Source: a virus
IMG/VR virus record: IMGVR_UViG_3300035001_000008
Span: 61,756-125,755 of that record
Length of the DNA stretch: 64,000 nt
Direction: 5' to 3' (one strand)
The position numbers were made by a program, and so were the translations under genes. Shown here in pieces: positions 1 to 10,386 of this stretch. The notes beneath the pieces are model-generated. The model saw only the letters and a list, made by a program, of their open reading frames with translations. It was not told the origin of the DNA and did no database searches. Numbering within the stretch: the stretch's first letter is position 1; each line of letters begins with the position of its first letter.

Positions 1-318
1 AAACACCCATGCCCCTGCAAACTGAAATACACCATCAGTACCGGGCAGAAACTTTCTAAGGCTTGTATTAGTGCGTCTAATGCGCCGCTCAAATGCGTAG
101 AGAGCCTGAAGGGTAATACCGAAAGCGTTAGTTAGTGGATTGGCTTCTAGCCCACTACCTAGGTTAACTTGGGATAACTCTTCAGCGGTAATAATTTCAA
201 TACGATCATTTACTGTATCAATGAAAATATTTCCGTCGGGGGTGCCTGCTCTACCTTGAGTAGACTGTACTAATAGAGTGGTTTGATTAGTGCGTGTAAT
301 TAACTGCGGGGTTGCCAT
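1..318 (-). CDS. 5' part of a putative virion/tail-associated protein (runs off window start)
   Basis: Hand translation from ATG at 318: MATPQLITRTNQTTLLVQSTQGRAGTPDGNIFIDTVNDRIEIITAEELSQVNLGSGLEANPLTN..., open to base 1; starts 1 nt after the stop of the 320..1834 gene. Confidence 0.7.
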   Translation of the reverse strand, partial: MATPQLITRTNQTTLLVQSTQGRAGTPDGNIFIDTVNDRIEIITAEELSQVNLGSGLEANPLTNAFGITLQALYAFERRIRRTNTSLRKFLPGTDGVFQFAGAWVF

Positions 319-319
319 A

Positions 320-1834
320 TTAAATAAATACCTCTAATTCTAAGTTTGATGCTAGGTCTAACGTTTGCGAAGTTGCCGGTATACTGCCTGCGATATTAAA
401 TTCTCGATACAGAGCAGAATCGCCGGTATTTGGAACGAACTGAAAGATCACAGAATTTCCTGCTGTACCCACGTAACTAATATTGCTGCCTGTCGTAGGG
501 TTAGTTACTTGTAAAGCTGTACCTAGATCTTGAGCATCTGATTCCTCATCATCCCAAATAGTAAAAATACCTCCAGCAGGTATACCTGAAAGTGTTAATG
601 TCGGTGTCGGTGCAATAATGTTTACTGTCCCGGCTACTACGGTTACATCAGATAGAGTAAAGTTGCCTGATGTTTGAATATTTAAGGTTTTACCGGAGGC
701 ATCAACTCTAACTTTTCGTGTCCCTGGAGTACCGAAGATAATACCCGTTACATCAAGTGTTGCACCTGAGGTAAAATTAGAGCCGCTACAATTAATAAAA
801 TGGGCGTTACTAGTGCCTGTGAGATTTAACCCATTAAACGTAGTGGTGCCGTTCCACTCAATGGCATAACTAGCTGTGTTGCTCCGTACAGCACCGCCAA
901 AGCTCGTACCACCAGTGATAGAGCCTGTCCCGCTAGCTAACACTCCATTAAAAACAGCTAATCCTAGGCTAACCGTTGAGTGTCTAAGAATTAGAACGTC
1001 ACTACTGTAAGTATTAATAAATATACTTACATCAGCAAATGTAAATTCTTCGCTTGCAGTTCCTACAAATTGAACTCCTGAAAAAGTTTGAGATGCGGTA
1101 GAATCAATTCTGAATACCCTATTTGTTAAAGATATTCTAGGGGTGCTAGTTCCTGAGCTTATACTATAAGCGTTTGGTTGAAATGCTAAACAACCGTTTA
1201 GAAAACTACTAACCGTTGGGGCTAACGTTAGCGGTACAGGCATCCCAACATAGTTACCTGAAATTAATTCAGCACCATCGGATGAACCGTTCAACAACGA
1301 TTGAATAAGAGTATAAGTACTTCCAGGTGTTAACGGATTACCAACTTCACCAGCCCCAAAATTTATACCTGTGCTCTTAAGGTATGAGTAGGGACGGTAA
1401 AGTGATACTTCTCTACTGGTGGTAGTAGTTGAACTTGTTACATAAAATCTAATTTTATTAACAGCAGTAATGTCAAAAGTTCCAGTATCCGCGAAGTTAG
1501 ATCCTTGAGCTTCTAAATAAAACTCGGTGATGTTATTAGGGCCACAAAGTATGTTCCATCTTCTTTCACCATTAGTAGAAAGAAAAGCGAAAGAAGCAGC
1601 AGTTAAACTAAATGTATGACGGAAACCAAAAAATATCCCGCGCCCAGTTAAATCAAAGGTTCCATCGGCTGTGAACTCTACCCACATCTCAACGTTAGCT
1701 GTCGGGTTGAGAGAACTAACAGCTACAGATGTTGTGCCAGTCGAAATTGAAATCGTAGCATCAGACGACACAATCCCGGTATTAGACGTTGTTGATCTTA
1801 GTAGTGTTGCGCCAGTAATACTTGGAACTGCCAT
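320..1834 (-). CDS. putative virion structural / tail-associated protein (504 aa)
   Basis: Long S/T/G-rich, beta-strand-like ORF in a tightly packed minus-strand operon downstream of terL and the tailspike. Confidence 0.6.
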   Translation of the reverse strand: MAVPSITGATLLRSTTSNTGIVSSDATISISTGTTSVAVSSLNPTANVEMWVEFTADGTFDLTGRGIFFGFRHTFSLTAASFAFLSTNGERRWNILCGPNNITEFYLEAQGSNFADTGTFDITAVNKIRFYVTSSTTTTSREVSLYRPYSYLKSTGINFGAGEVGNPLTPGSTYTLIQSLLNGSSDGAELISGNYVGMPVPLTLAPTVSSFLNGCLAFQPNAYSISSGTSTPRISLTNRVFRIDSTASQTFSGVQFVGTASEEFTFADVSIFINTYSSDVLILRHSTVSLGLAVFNGVLASGTGSITGGTSFGGAVRSNTASYAIEWNGTTTFNGLNLTGTSNAHFINCSGSNFTSGATLDVTGIIFGTPGTRKVRVDASGKTLNIQTSGNFTLSDVTVVAGTVNIIAPTPTLTLSGIPAGGIFTIWDDEESDAQDLGTALQVTNPTTGSNISYVGTAGNSVIFQFVPNTGDSALYREFNIAGSIPATSQTLDLASNLELEVFI

Positions 1835-1901
1835 TTATTAAATACCTATAAGCGCTTATGCTGTTTAATATTAAAAACTTGAATATACTTTAATTGTAGC
1901 T

Positions 1902-2540
1902 TTAATCAATTTTTAGAACTCCGGTACTAGGTATTTGAAATTCTAACGTATCCCCTAAAGACGTTTTAGTTGTATATGCACCGGGTGCAGAAATTTGAAG
2001 TGTGAATGTACCTGAAGTGGTAGTGTTTTTTGTTAATACTAATTGATTGGATGAAGGGATAGATAGAATTTTTGAATCTGGTGAAATGCCTGTACCTATA
2101 ACAGCCATACCATTTGTAAATTCACTAAAGCTATTTATTGTTGTAACAATGGGAGATCCACTAGTCACGGTGCAACTTGATATAGGTGTTGCTTGCACGT
2201 AAGGGTGAAACGCTACAAATTCATCACTATTTGAGGGTGATGCCCCTAATTGAGAACAAATAACCATACCTGCAATATTGACAGGCGTAGCCGTTGTAAG
2301 GTCAGGCCATGTTACAGATGTACCTGCACCAAGGGATACTCTAGCCCCTGTACCATCAGCAGCGGCAGACCCTAGCGTTACAGGCTTGAGAGTGTAATTA
2401 CCACCTGTAGGTAACGCTAGCCCTGTAACAGTAGTTACACTTCTCAAAGGTGCAACGGTTACTAAATGGGCATAGAATGTTTTACCTGTTAGATAGTTGG
2501 TTAAAGCCCGTAGGGTGAATAGCGAGGATGGATAAGACAT
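1902..2540 (-). CDS. putative tail-fibre-associated structural protein (212 aa)
   Basis: S/T/G-rich; segment CTVTSGSPIVT...GMAVIGTGI...ILSI...QLVLT resembles short beta modules of phage tail proteins; abuts tailspike gene. Confidence 0.5.
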   Translation of the reverse strand: MSYPSSLFTLRALTNYLTGKTFYAHLVTVAPLRSVTTVTGLALPTGGNYTLKPVTLGSAAADGTGARVSLGAGTSVTWPDLTTATPVNIAGMVICSQLGASPSNSDEFVAFHPYVQATPISSCTVTSGSPIVTTINSFSEFTNGMAVIGTGISPDSKILSIPSSNQLVLTKNTTTSGTFTLQISAPGAYTTKTSLGDTLEFQIPSTGVLKID

Positions 2541-5500
2541 TTAATTAGATCTTCCTAGAGCAATTAATAATTGATAGACAATTGAGTTAAACGTAAGCAT
2601 TTCATCGTTTGTATATGCCTCAGTTATTGCTGAAAAACCTATGTTTCTATTGGTATGCCCTTCAGCAGTAGAACCCCGCTTAAATCCTGACAACAAATAC
2701 ATACCATTTTCAATAGCCCCTGTAGCCGCTGTCCCTAATGTTCCAGCCGGTGAGCCGTTAACGTAGTATTGTGCCTGTCTAGAGGCTCCTGCCATGACAC
2801 TAAGCAAACCTACAGACGACGTTGGGCCTACTGCCCCAGCCGTAGATGATCCGCCGATCCGGCCTGTCTCTCTAGTGCCGTTGTAGGCAATGCCTGTATA
2901 TTGAGTAGCCACACTATCCCAATAGCCCATTAGCCATCGAGTACCGGCTAAAGATTCAGTCTGTGATGTCCATGCGTGTAGTGCTGCGTTTGTAGGTGTA
3001 ACCCTAGAGCTTGGGTTTATTCCTGTATTAATTGAACGTGAGCCGTTGCCTTGCATACCGCCCACTTTTGTATAACCCGCCGTATCAGATTGGGTCATTA
3101 CACCAACACTTTCTGTTAAATCAGTAGGGCTACGCAAGATTCTACGCATAGCGTGAGCTTGATTCTCACCCATTAATGGCATTAACGCCCAAACTCTAGA
3201 CCAAAGACCATTAGACTTCATAGTTGAAACAAAATTATCTAATGCAAGCATGTCAGCACTTAATGGGGCTGTGCCAGTACTTGCTAGAGATGCTGAAAAA
3301 TCAGCCGTGATTTGATTTGAATAAATTGAAGGCGTGATAATTAATGTAGGTGGCTGCATATCCAAAGAACTGGCTAATGCAGCATAAGGCGGTTTAATTT
3401 GGACTGCAATACGTTGAATACTTCTGATAAACGTTTCAGTTCTAGAATAAAACTGAATCATCTCAGAAGATGTCAGCCCTTTAGTTACTGCCCCCCATTG
3501 CAGATTACGGTTTGTTGAATAGTTAGGAGTTAAAACAGATTGCCCTGACCTAAAAGTAGCTAATAGCCAAATACCTGAAGCCAAAGAAGATGTAAGCGTT
3601 GCTGAGCTAGCAGTACCTACCGGTAAACCGTTATGGTAAAACTGAGAATTGCGAGTACCGCTATTTACCACAGATAACATGCCCGTTAATGTGGTATTGG
3701 CTCTGGCTGTATTATTTGCAGTAAACGCATTGCCGCCTAAACTACCTGCGTCAGTTGTGGATGTGTTTAACCTGCCAATAACAGTATGTTGGTCAGAAGA
3801 TGAGTTCATGCCGCCCATCAGCGTTCTAACGCCTGAAGCCGTTTCGATTTGCGATGTCCATACATGAAGCCCTACATCGTTAGCAGCTTGCGACGATAGA
3901 CTTAACCGTGCGGCTAGCGCTCTTAATTCAGACGCTACACCTTGCACACCGTTTTTACGTGAGTATCCTGACTCCGGTATGTTGTAGTTACTCATCTCTG
4001 AGAGTATTGCAAACGTACCTGGTCTATAGTCTAAAGCTTTCATTGCGGTTTCAAGATTACCGCCGATCAAAGGGAATAATTGAAATACTTTAGACCTTAT
4101 ACCATCAGTTTCTAAAGCTTTTAAGTAAGTATCTAAAGCTTGATAATCTTCCTCAACTACAACACCCTTTGAGGCACTGTTAATATATTTAAGGTCTTCT
4201 ACTAATGGGTCTGTTGTTGGTTCTGTACCTACATAGGGATAAGCCGATAACGCAGAACACCTAACGCCTAAACCCCTTGAGTTGAAATAGCTTCTAGGTA
4301 AAATTCTTTTAGTGTCTGTGCGTGTTTCAGATAAAACGTTTGTGTAAAGGCGAGTTGTACTAGACCCTGCTAATGAAAATACAGCAGAGAAATCACTATC
4401 AACTATAATAAATCCGGCTTCAATATTACGTGCAGCAACTTCAGTAGTTGTAAAATCTTCAATTGGATACAGAAACGTACCTAGCATTTCTGTTTTACCA
4501 CCGTTTATTGTTCTAACGGCTTCCCATCCACCTTCGGTTTTGAACCCTAAACTCCACAATTCTCCGCCATCGTTGAGAATCATGTTGGTATACTCAATAT
4601 TCAATGACCGAGCAAAATACTTACCACCAGGTTTTACTTGGAGCGGGTAAACTGCCGATTCAAAACTTGCTGGGCTACAAAGAACGTCATCAATAAAGAT
4701 TGGCCCTGCAATAGCTGTATTTGTAATCGCAATATAAGATCCTAGTCGGCAGTTTTTAATTACCAAAGGTCTAGGTGAATCATGCAGAATACTAATCTGA
4801 GTAAAGTTAGTTGCTGCACTAGCTCTAGCAGATAAATCTAAAGCGTCTAGCGTTAAAGGGTCGGTAGTGTCGCCTGTTGTTCTGATTATGGGTTTTGAGT
4901 TAGCTGACCAAAGCGTTCCTTTAGTTGTTAGAGTTACCTGATTTCCTACAATGCGTTTAACTGAAGGTGGAATAACCCAAGTGTCGCTAGTTGCATAGCT
5001 AGCCCGCTGAAAATATAGAATAGGTCTGCCTGATGCAGCGGCAGCATTAAGTCCCGTGATACTGTCTAAAGGGTCTGTTAAAAATACTGACGTAGGCTGA
5101 GCACCATAAGTTACTACGTTGGCCCAATCATCTAAATTAGTACTGTTAAATACGGGTGGTGAACTTTGAATAGGAAGTTTTAAGCTTCCTGGTGGTGAAT
5201 TAAACGCTCTATAAACTGAACTACTATACTCATCAATAGTCCCTGGAATAGTGCGGCCATTGCCAAGGTCTACAGTCGAACCATACCCACTAGATGTTAC
5301 ATTTCTCAGATATAAACTAACGCTTACCCCAACAATGGCAGAAGTACTAGCAGAACCTCCGTTAAGGGTGCCACCAATTAAAATAATACTTCCTGTGTTT
5401 GTGCCGCCACTGACCGTTAAAGCAGGCGCTAAAATAGCAGGCACTTGATTGGTAGATACTAGGTTTTCAATTGAAACCATATTATCTTCAAGATAAAAAC

Positions 5501-6731
5501 CCGCCACAGTTTGATTAGTGAGGATTAGGTTTACATAGGTTAGAGAATAAAAAGCTTGTCTTATCCTAAAACCGTATTGAAAACCATTAATCGTAATATC
5601 TTTATTTAGGTGCGGCCCATCAGATCTATTACCATGAATGCCTACATATCCGTTACCCGTCACGGTAACTCTCTCAATGCAACCCCAGTTATGCGAAGTA
5701 AAGTCTAAGGCTACTGCACCGGGGTTATTTCCGGTATCAATCACCATATCCATGCAGCGCATACCGAAGGCAGTATTACCACTACCCGTTGGGTTAACGG
5801 TTGTGCTTTGATTCTCAGAACCTCCAAGAATCATAAATGCTTTAGGATTTCCAGGATCATTAAACCCGATAGCATTATCAACTAATTTAAGAGTAGTTGT
5901 TTCCCTTGAATCTCCTTGAACTGTCCATCTAGCAAACCAATTATTATTTGATGGATTTACAGTACGGATAGTATCGTTAAAGTACCAAGTCCCTGCCGGG
6001 AAGATAATAGAACGGTTAGACCCTGGCTGAGTTTGGCACAATAAATTCCATACATCAGAGTTAGTCTGAGCAGATGCAGGGTCATTAGGGACACCACCAT
6101 TAGTTTGAAAGTTAATTAACCCGCTATCTGAAGGTCTACCGGATAGAAATGTAATTGCAGGCGGTTCAGGCGGGGTAGGTTCAACAATAGTAACTTCAAT
6201 AGCACCCGCAATGTCAGCCCAAGCACTAATATTTAAGTCAGTTCTAGCCCTGATTCGTGCTTTATAAAAACCTTCAGTACTTACCGTTGATGTATACGTT
6301 AAAAGGTTTGAAGCTAACTTTATAGGATTGCCTGTATAGTTATCAGCGTTAGGCGCTATTTGTAATTCGTAATACCTTACAATCGTGCTACTAGGCGCTT
6401 GCCAAGTTAGTTTTAATTGTAAATTACCTAAATTAGTTCCTTCTAATAGAAAAGGTTGATTGACCGTATTACCAAAGCTAATTGAAGATGCACTAGGTAC
6501 ATCAATCGCTACTGTCCCTGTTTGCAACCTATAGCAACGATTAGTTTCAAGTGTTAAAAGGCTATTTAATGTTGCTGAACGTCCTGCTTTCCAAGATAGC
6601 CAAAGTGATTGATCAACCGTATCTACAGCATGGATTATTGCACCTCCAACATTAAACACACTACCCGTTAGATTTGTTTGGGCACCTGTCCATGCAAAGA
6701 ATACTGTTTTGTTAGGAGCTACAATTGGCAT
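2541..6731 (-). CDS. tailspike / polysaccharide depolymerase (FN3-like domain, two pectate-lyase-3/GH55-like beta-helix starts, duplicated C-terminal domain; 1396 aa)
   Basis: FN3-like LKLTWQAP..YYELQI..YKARIRA; beta-helix caps IIFPAGTWYFNDTI and WANVVTYGA..ILYFQRASY; repeated unit LDTYLKALETDGIRSKVFQLFPLIG / LDNFVSTMKSNGLWSRVWALMPLMG. Confidence 0.7.
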   Translation of the reverse strand: MPIVAPNKTVFFAWTGAQTNLTGSVFNVGGAIIHAVDTVDQSLWLSWKAGRSATLNSLLTLETNRCYRLQTGTVAIDVPSASSISFGNTVNQPFLLEGTNLGNLQLKLTWQAPSSTIVRYYELQIAPNADNYTGNPIKLASNLLTYTSTVSTEGFYKARIRARTDLNISAWADIAGAIEVTIVEPTPPEPPAITFLSGRPSDSGLINFQTNGGVPNDPASAQTNSDVWNLLCQTQPGSNRSIIFPAGTWYFNDTIRTVNPSNNNWFARWTVQGDSRETTTLKLVDNAIGFNDPGNPKAFMILGGSENQSTTVNPTGSGNTAFGMRCMDMVIDTGNNPGAVALDFTSHNWGCIERVTVTGNGYVGIHGNRSDGPHLNKDITINGFQYGFRIRQAFYSLTYVNLILTNQTVAGFYLEDNMVSIENLVSTNQVPAILAPALTVSGGTNTGSIILIGGTLNGGSASTSAIVGVSVSLYLRNVTSSGYGSTVDLGNGRTIPGTIDEYSSSVYRAFNSPPGSLKLPIQSSPPVFNSTNLDDWANVVTYGAQPTSVFLTDPLDSITGLNAAAASGRPILYFQRASYATSDTWVIPPSVKRIVGNQVTLTTKGTLWSANSKPIIRTTGDTTDPLTLDALDLSARASAATNFTQISILHDSPRPLVIKNCRLGSYIAITNTAIAGPIFIDDVLCSPASFESAVYPLQVKPGGKYFARSLNIEYTNMILNDGGELWSLGFKTEGGWEAVRTINGGKTEMLGTFLYPIEDFTTTEVAARNIEAGFIIVDSDFSAVFSLAGSSTTRLYTNVLSETRTDTKRILPRSYFNSRGLGVRCSALSAYPYVGTEPTTDPLVEDLKYINSASKGVVVEEDYQALDTYLKALETDGIRSKVFQLFPLIGGNLETAMKALDYRPGTFAILSEMSNYNIPESGYSRKNGVQGVASELRALAARLSLSSQAANDVGLHVWTSQIETASGVRTLMGGMNSSSDQHTVIGRLNTSTTDAGSLGGNAFTANNTARANTTLTGMLSVVNSGTRNSQFYHNGLPVGTASSATLTSSLASGIWLLATFRSGQSVLTPNYSTNRNLQWGAVTKGLTSSEMIQFYSRTETFIRSIQRIAVQIKPPYAALASSLDMQPPTLIITPSIYSNQITADFSASLASTGTAPLSADMLALDNFVSTMKSNGLWSRVWALMPLMGENQAHAMRRILRSPTDLTESVGVMTQSDTAGYTKVGGMQGNGSRSINTGINPSSRVTPTNAALHAWTSQTESLAGTRWLMGYWDSVATQYTGIAYNGTRETGRIGGSSTAGAVGPTSSVGLLSVMAGASRQAQYYVNGSPAGTLGTAATGAIENGMYLLSGFKRGSTAEGHTNRNIGFSAITEAYTNDEMLTFNSIVYQLLIALGRSN

Positions 6732-7057
6732 TAGCTTAAGTTAATAGGTGCGTTTGAAAATTGTCCTGAATATGTTTGTCCGGTTATATCGTGGTAATAA
6801 GAAAAAGCCCTTAATGGATTTAAGTAATCAGAAGGGAATGCTATTACCGCGACAACTGAACCACTTAAAAATAATTCCTGTTCAATTCCACTACCAACAT
6901 GACTAACAATAGATGCAAAAGATATTGTTGAATTTATAGGTGCTGAAAGGGATACACCATTAAGCCCCGTTTGCCCTGCCAACACCACAGCAGGCGTAGC
7001 CCCTACAGGTATTGCAGACCCTCCACCTGATAGCCCTAACGGGTTAAAGATAGGCAT
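6731..7057 (-). CDS. hypothetical virion-associated protein (~108 aa)
   Basis: TAATG stop/start overlaps at both ends (ATG at 7057; next gene ATG at 6731). Confidence 0.65.
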   Translation of the reverse strand: MPIFNPLGLSGGGSAIPVGATPAVVLAGQTGLNGVSLSAPINSTISFASIVSHVGSGIEQELFLSGSVVAVIAFPSDYLNPLRAFSYYHDITGQTYSGQFSNAPINLS

Positions 7058-7677
7058 TACAGACAAGACTCCAACGCTAGGTTAGTAGTACCTGATGCGG
7101 TGATTGCTGTAATTACTCCCGTATAAAGGTTGCTAGCATTAATTTCATAAAAGCCGCCTTCAGCTTTTAATAAAATGCCTTGCCCTGCGATAGCCGGAGT
7201 ACCCCGTCTAATAAACACATCAGCACTTCCATTATTAACAATTACTACTGATGTTCGATTACCATTAGATGCAAGTATCGACGTAGAAGTAGTATCTACC
7301 TCTACAGTAGCCGCTGTGCATACCCCTACACTAAACCTTGTTTCTACAGGTATTCGACTATTAATTAACGTAGGTAATTTAGCATCGATTAATTGAGTTA
7401 ATTTAACTAACCATCTTAGTAAAAATGAACGTGAATATCTTGCACTAGCAGCCCCGCCAGTATGTGCTGTAGGGTCAACTGACCTTACTTCTGCTGTAGT
7501 GTCAATTGTCGCTAAATTACCATCAATCTCTACTAAAGTTTGACTTAACCCCGCTTGTTCATCAATTACAACATTGCCGCCTGCTGTATTCAAAGACAAA
7601 TCATCGCGACCATTACCCAATAGATCGTTTTCGTTCTTTCTGTATACGTCGGAACTTGAGTTTAATCTAGTGGGCAT
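7057..7677 (-). CDS. hypothetical virion-associated protein (206 aa)
   Basis: First gene after terL; C-terminal beta-sandwich-like segment (NGNRTSVVIVNNGSADVFI..GILLKAEGGFYEI). Confidence 0.6.
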   Translation of the reverse strand: MPTRLNSSSDVYRKNENDLLGNGRDDLSLNTAGGNVVIDEQAGLSQTLVEIDGNLATIDTTAEVRSVDPTAHTGGAASARYSRSFLLRWLVKLTQLIDAKLPTLINSRIPVETRFSVGVCTAATVEVDTTSTSILASNGNRTSVVIVNNGSADVFIRRGTPAIAGQGILLKAEGGFYEINASNLYTGVITAITASGTTNLALESCL

Positions 7678-7707
7678 GGTTAAAATTAAATATAGGTATA
7701 TTGTAAC

Positions 7708-9294
7708 TTATACGGAAGATAGCCATCCTAGGGCGTTTACTTGATCGAATTGCGATAGGTAAGTATGGCAACCGGATACAGCGTCACAAACATCAGAACC
7801 ATCCTTTTTGGTTCCATCAAACGCATGTAAAAAAGCTAAAAACTGCGGTGTAAAATCAGCATTTAATACCTTAACTCTACCATTTGAAATAAATTCGCCG
7901 CTATCAGGGTCAGTAATAGGTTTGCAAGTTGCCGCAAAAGGCTTCATTCTTGTTAGTTTATCGCCCATTGGTCTAATACCTTCTGCGTCTACACCAGATA
8001 GCCTACTTTTTAAGTTGGCCTCAACTTTCAAACCGCTACTACCCCCCTCCAATTCCCAACGTAAGGCGTAAGCTCTTCCTCTATTAAATTTACTGTCTTG
8101 ATATCCTTGATTAACAATTAAATTATCCCCATCTGTAGGCGATAATTGATCCCAAGTTGCATCAGCTATTAAATAATAGAACTCATTTGAATCATAGGGC
8201 ATGATTAAATACATGAATACTGAAGCGGTATAACATGCAGAATCATTTACTTCTTTGGCAGTAGCCGCCATGTCAAAAAATCTACAGCAATAGATCTGCC
8301 TAACACGGTTAAAGTCTGGTAATTCCTCAACTATCTCTATCCAAGTTTTATTAATAACAACGCCGGAAGCGTAGTTTACAAGCCAGTTGCCTCCGAGCAA
8401 TCTTGCGGATTCGATTGCATCTTGTGCCATCAAATTAGCTTTATAACATGGATCTTTTTCTAATAGAATTTTGTTGTCTGATAATTTAGAAGGGATAAAA
8501 GTAAATGACTTAGGCAGCATCTCAGGGTAAGCATGTAAAGCATCTTCTTTTGAATCAAACCATTTAATTTCATCGCTTATTCTCACAAACCAGCGGATAA
8601 CTCCGCCCCTCTCATTGATAGGTAATCCTGTCTCAGGGTCAATCCACCAGCCCAACAAGCCGCTACCCCAACCATTCTTACCAGTAATCAGCCAACTGTC
8701 TGCATCGGGGTTACAAGTGCCTCTGATGCAGGGTTTAATTCCTGATGTTGAACGATTACGAGACATCAGATAGAAAAATTGACTTTCGGTGAAGTGTGCG
8801 ATTTCATCCATGCCAATTCTAGTTATCTGAGCACCTTGCCAAGAAAACTTATCCTTCTCATGCTGTAGATGCCTAAAATCTATTCGAGAGCCTGAAGGGA
8901 ATCGCCACTCCTGCCCATTTTGTTTTCCTACTCCACCTACTAATGGAAAAATCTTTTCCGCCTCATTTGCGAGGCCGCCGGGAGCGGTGATCTGCGGTGA
9001 TGTGCGCCGGAAGATGACAGCAGAATATTCAGGATTTTCTACATACTCTTCTTTTGCAAAGTCAAGCAATAATCCCCAGGTTTTTGCGCCGCCTGCTGCG
9101 CCCCCGAATATTATAATATCAGCATCACAATTAACAAATGTTGTTTGAGGGCCAGGTTGTGTAGCAGGCAATCCTTTAACGTTTTCGTCAATTTCAGATG
9201 CTTTCTTAGCTTTATTCCTAGATGAAACGACTAAGGGCAATTCTGAGATTGCCCTATCTAATGCATAAGATTTTACTTTCTTTTTAACAGGCAT
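7708..9294 (-). CDS. terL: terminase large subunit (Terminase_6-like)
   Basis: QPGPQ adenine-binding motif, Walker A GGAAGGAKT, Walker B IGMDEIAHF, coupling motif GTCNP, nuclease-domain FFDMAAT and C-terminal DVCDAVS. Confidence 0.93.
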   Translation of the reverse strand: MPVKKKVKSYALDRAISELPLVVSSRNKAKKASEIDENVKGLPATQPGPQTTFVNCDADIIIFGGAAGGAKTWGLLLDFAKEEYVENPEYSAVIFRRTSPQITAPGGLANEAEKIFPLVGGVGKQNGQEWRFPSGSRIDFRHLQHEKDKFSWQGAQITRIGMDEIAHFTESQFFYLMSRNRSTSGIKPCIRGTCNPDADSWLITGKNGWGSGLLGWWIDPETGLPINERGGVIRWFVRISDEIKWFDSKEDALHAYPEMLPKSFTFIPSKLSDNKILLEKDPCYKANLMAQDAIESARLLGGNWLVNYASGVVINKTWIEIVEELPDFNRVRQIYCCRFFDMAATAKEVNDSACYTASVFMYLIMPYDSNEFYYLIADATWDQLSPTDGDNLIVNQGYQDSKFNRGRAYALRWELEGGSSGLKVEANLKSRLSGVDAEGIRPMGDKLTRMKPFAATCKPITDPDSGEFISNGRVKVLNADFTPQFLAFLHAFDGTKKDGSDVCDAVSGCHTYLSQFDQVNALGWLSSV

Positions 9295-10198
9295 CCTTTA
9301 ATTTTAGCTGCTTTGAATAAGAATGAATTCCTAAGCTTCTACGTTTATAATTTACGGCCATCGTTGTAACACCAATTAAAGCGGCTACAACATAATCAGG
9401 TTTTGTGCCCAATAAATCTATTTTGTCTTGCGTCCATGATGAATCTCTTAGAGATTTAATATCCAATAATCTTCGTAATTGCCCTACTACATTTTTAGTA
9501 ATTCCTAATTCTTTAGCTAGCGTAGTATCTTCTACTTTACCAAGTTTATCTAATGCCCATTGCGGCCAACTATTGGGGTTAAAACCATTCGGCGTTGATA
9601 AGTCTTCATATTTAGGAATACCATTTTCAAGTCTTCTATTTTTTATTAAAACAGTTGATACACCCGCTTGCCTAGCCAGCTCAGCATCATGCTCCTTACC
9701 CAACATATCCATTATGCTTTTAGGCAATTCTTTATAGTTAGCCTCTAAAACATTTTGGTATGCTTCAAGCCGCATCTTTTTACCCTTCTTAGGGCTAGGT
9801 CTTCCCGTAAGCGCTTTTGATATCTTTTTCCTTGTCTCTTCTGAATAAACTCTATTTAATGTACCCTCGCCGCCATCTGTGAGGTTAGTTAATGGATACC
9901 CCATGTCTCTATAGGTCTTAATCCAGTATATTTCCCTTTCTTGCCAAGAATCCCCAAGTGCTACCGTTTCAATAGGCTTAATAGCAGGCTTAACCCCTTC
10001 ATTCTCAAGCTTACGAAACCATCTGCTTTTATGCCAATGATGTCTAGCTGGTTGCCTAGATTCTGCTATATGCGTATTAAGCCTACGAATTAACGCTACT
10101 TCAGACTTGCCTACATATCTAGGCGTTTGCTTTTCATCTCTAGGGTCATATAAAACATAAATGACCACATCCTTAGATTTACGTGTTACCTTATTCAT
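9284..10198 (-). CDS. GIY-YIG homing endonuclease with NUMOD3-like segment and three HTH-like repeats
   Basis: VIYVLYDPRD..RYVGKS..RRL..H; NLTDGGEG; EETRKKISKALTG; three LG..D..LA...G...V...R..LGI repeats; overlaps terL start by 11 bp. Confidence 0.85.
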   Translation of the reverse strand: MNKVTRKSKDVVIYVLYDPRDEKQTPRYVGKSEVALIRRLNTHIAESRQPARHHWHKSRWFRKLENEGVKPAIKPIETVALGDSWQEREIYWIKTYRDMGYPLTNLTDGGEGTLNRVYSEETRKKISKALTGRPSPKKGKKMRLEAYQNVLEANYKELPKSIMDMLGKEHDAELARQAGVSTVLIKNRRLENGIPKYEDLSTPNGFNPNSWPQWALDKLGKVEDTTLAKELGITKNVVGQLRRLLDIKSLRDSSWTQDKIDLLGTKPDYVVAALIGVTTMAVNYKRRSLGIHSYSKQLKLKDAC

Positions 10199-10231
10199 AT
10201 CTGTTTAACACTCACATTGTTAAATGGCTAG

Positions 10232-10264
10232 ATAACCCTTGAACCTCAGAGATTCAGGGGTTAT
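10232..10264. other. 12-bp hairpin upstream of the endonuclease-terL operon
   Basis: ATAACCCTTGAA-N9-TTCAGGGGTTAT; possible terminator or processing signal. Confidence 0.55.
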
Positions 10265-10386
10265 TGCTATTTTAGCTCAATTTATATAATTTATGCCTAG
10301 CGTTATACACACTTGGCACCCTTAGGTAAATCAAGCTAAGGCAATGTATATTAAGGTAATACCTACGAATCGGAGATTATTGATAA

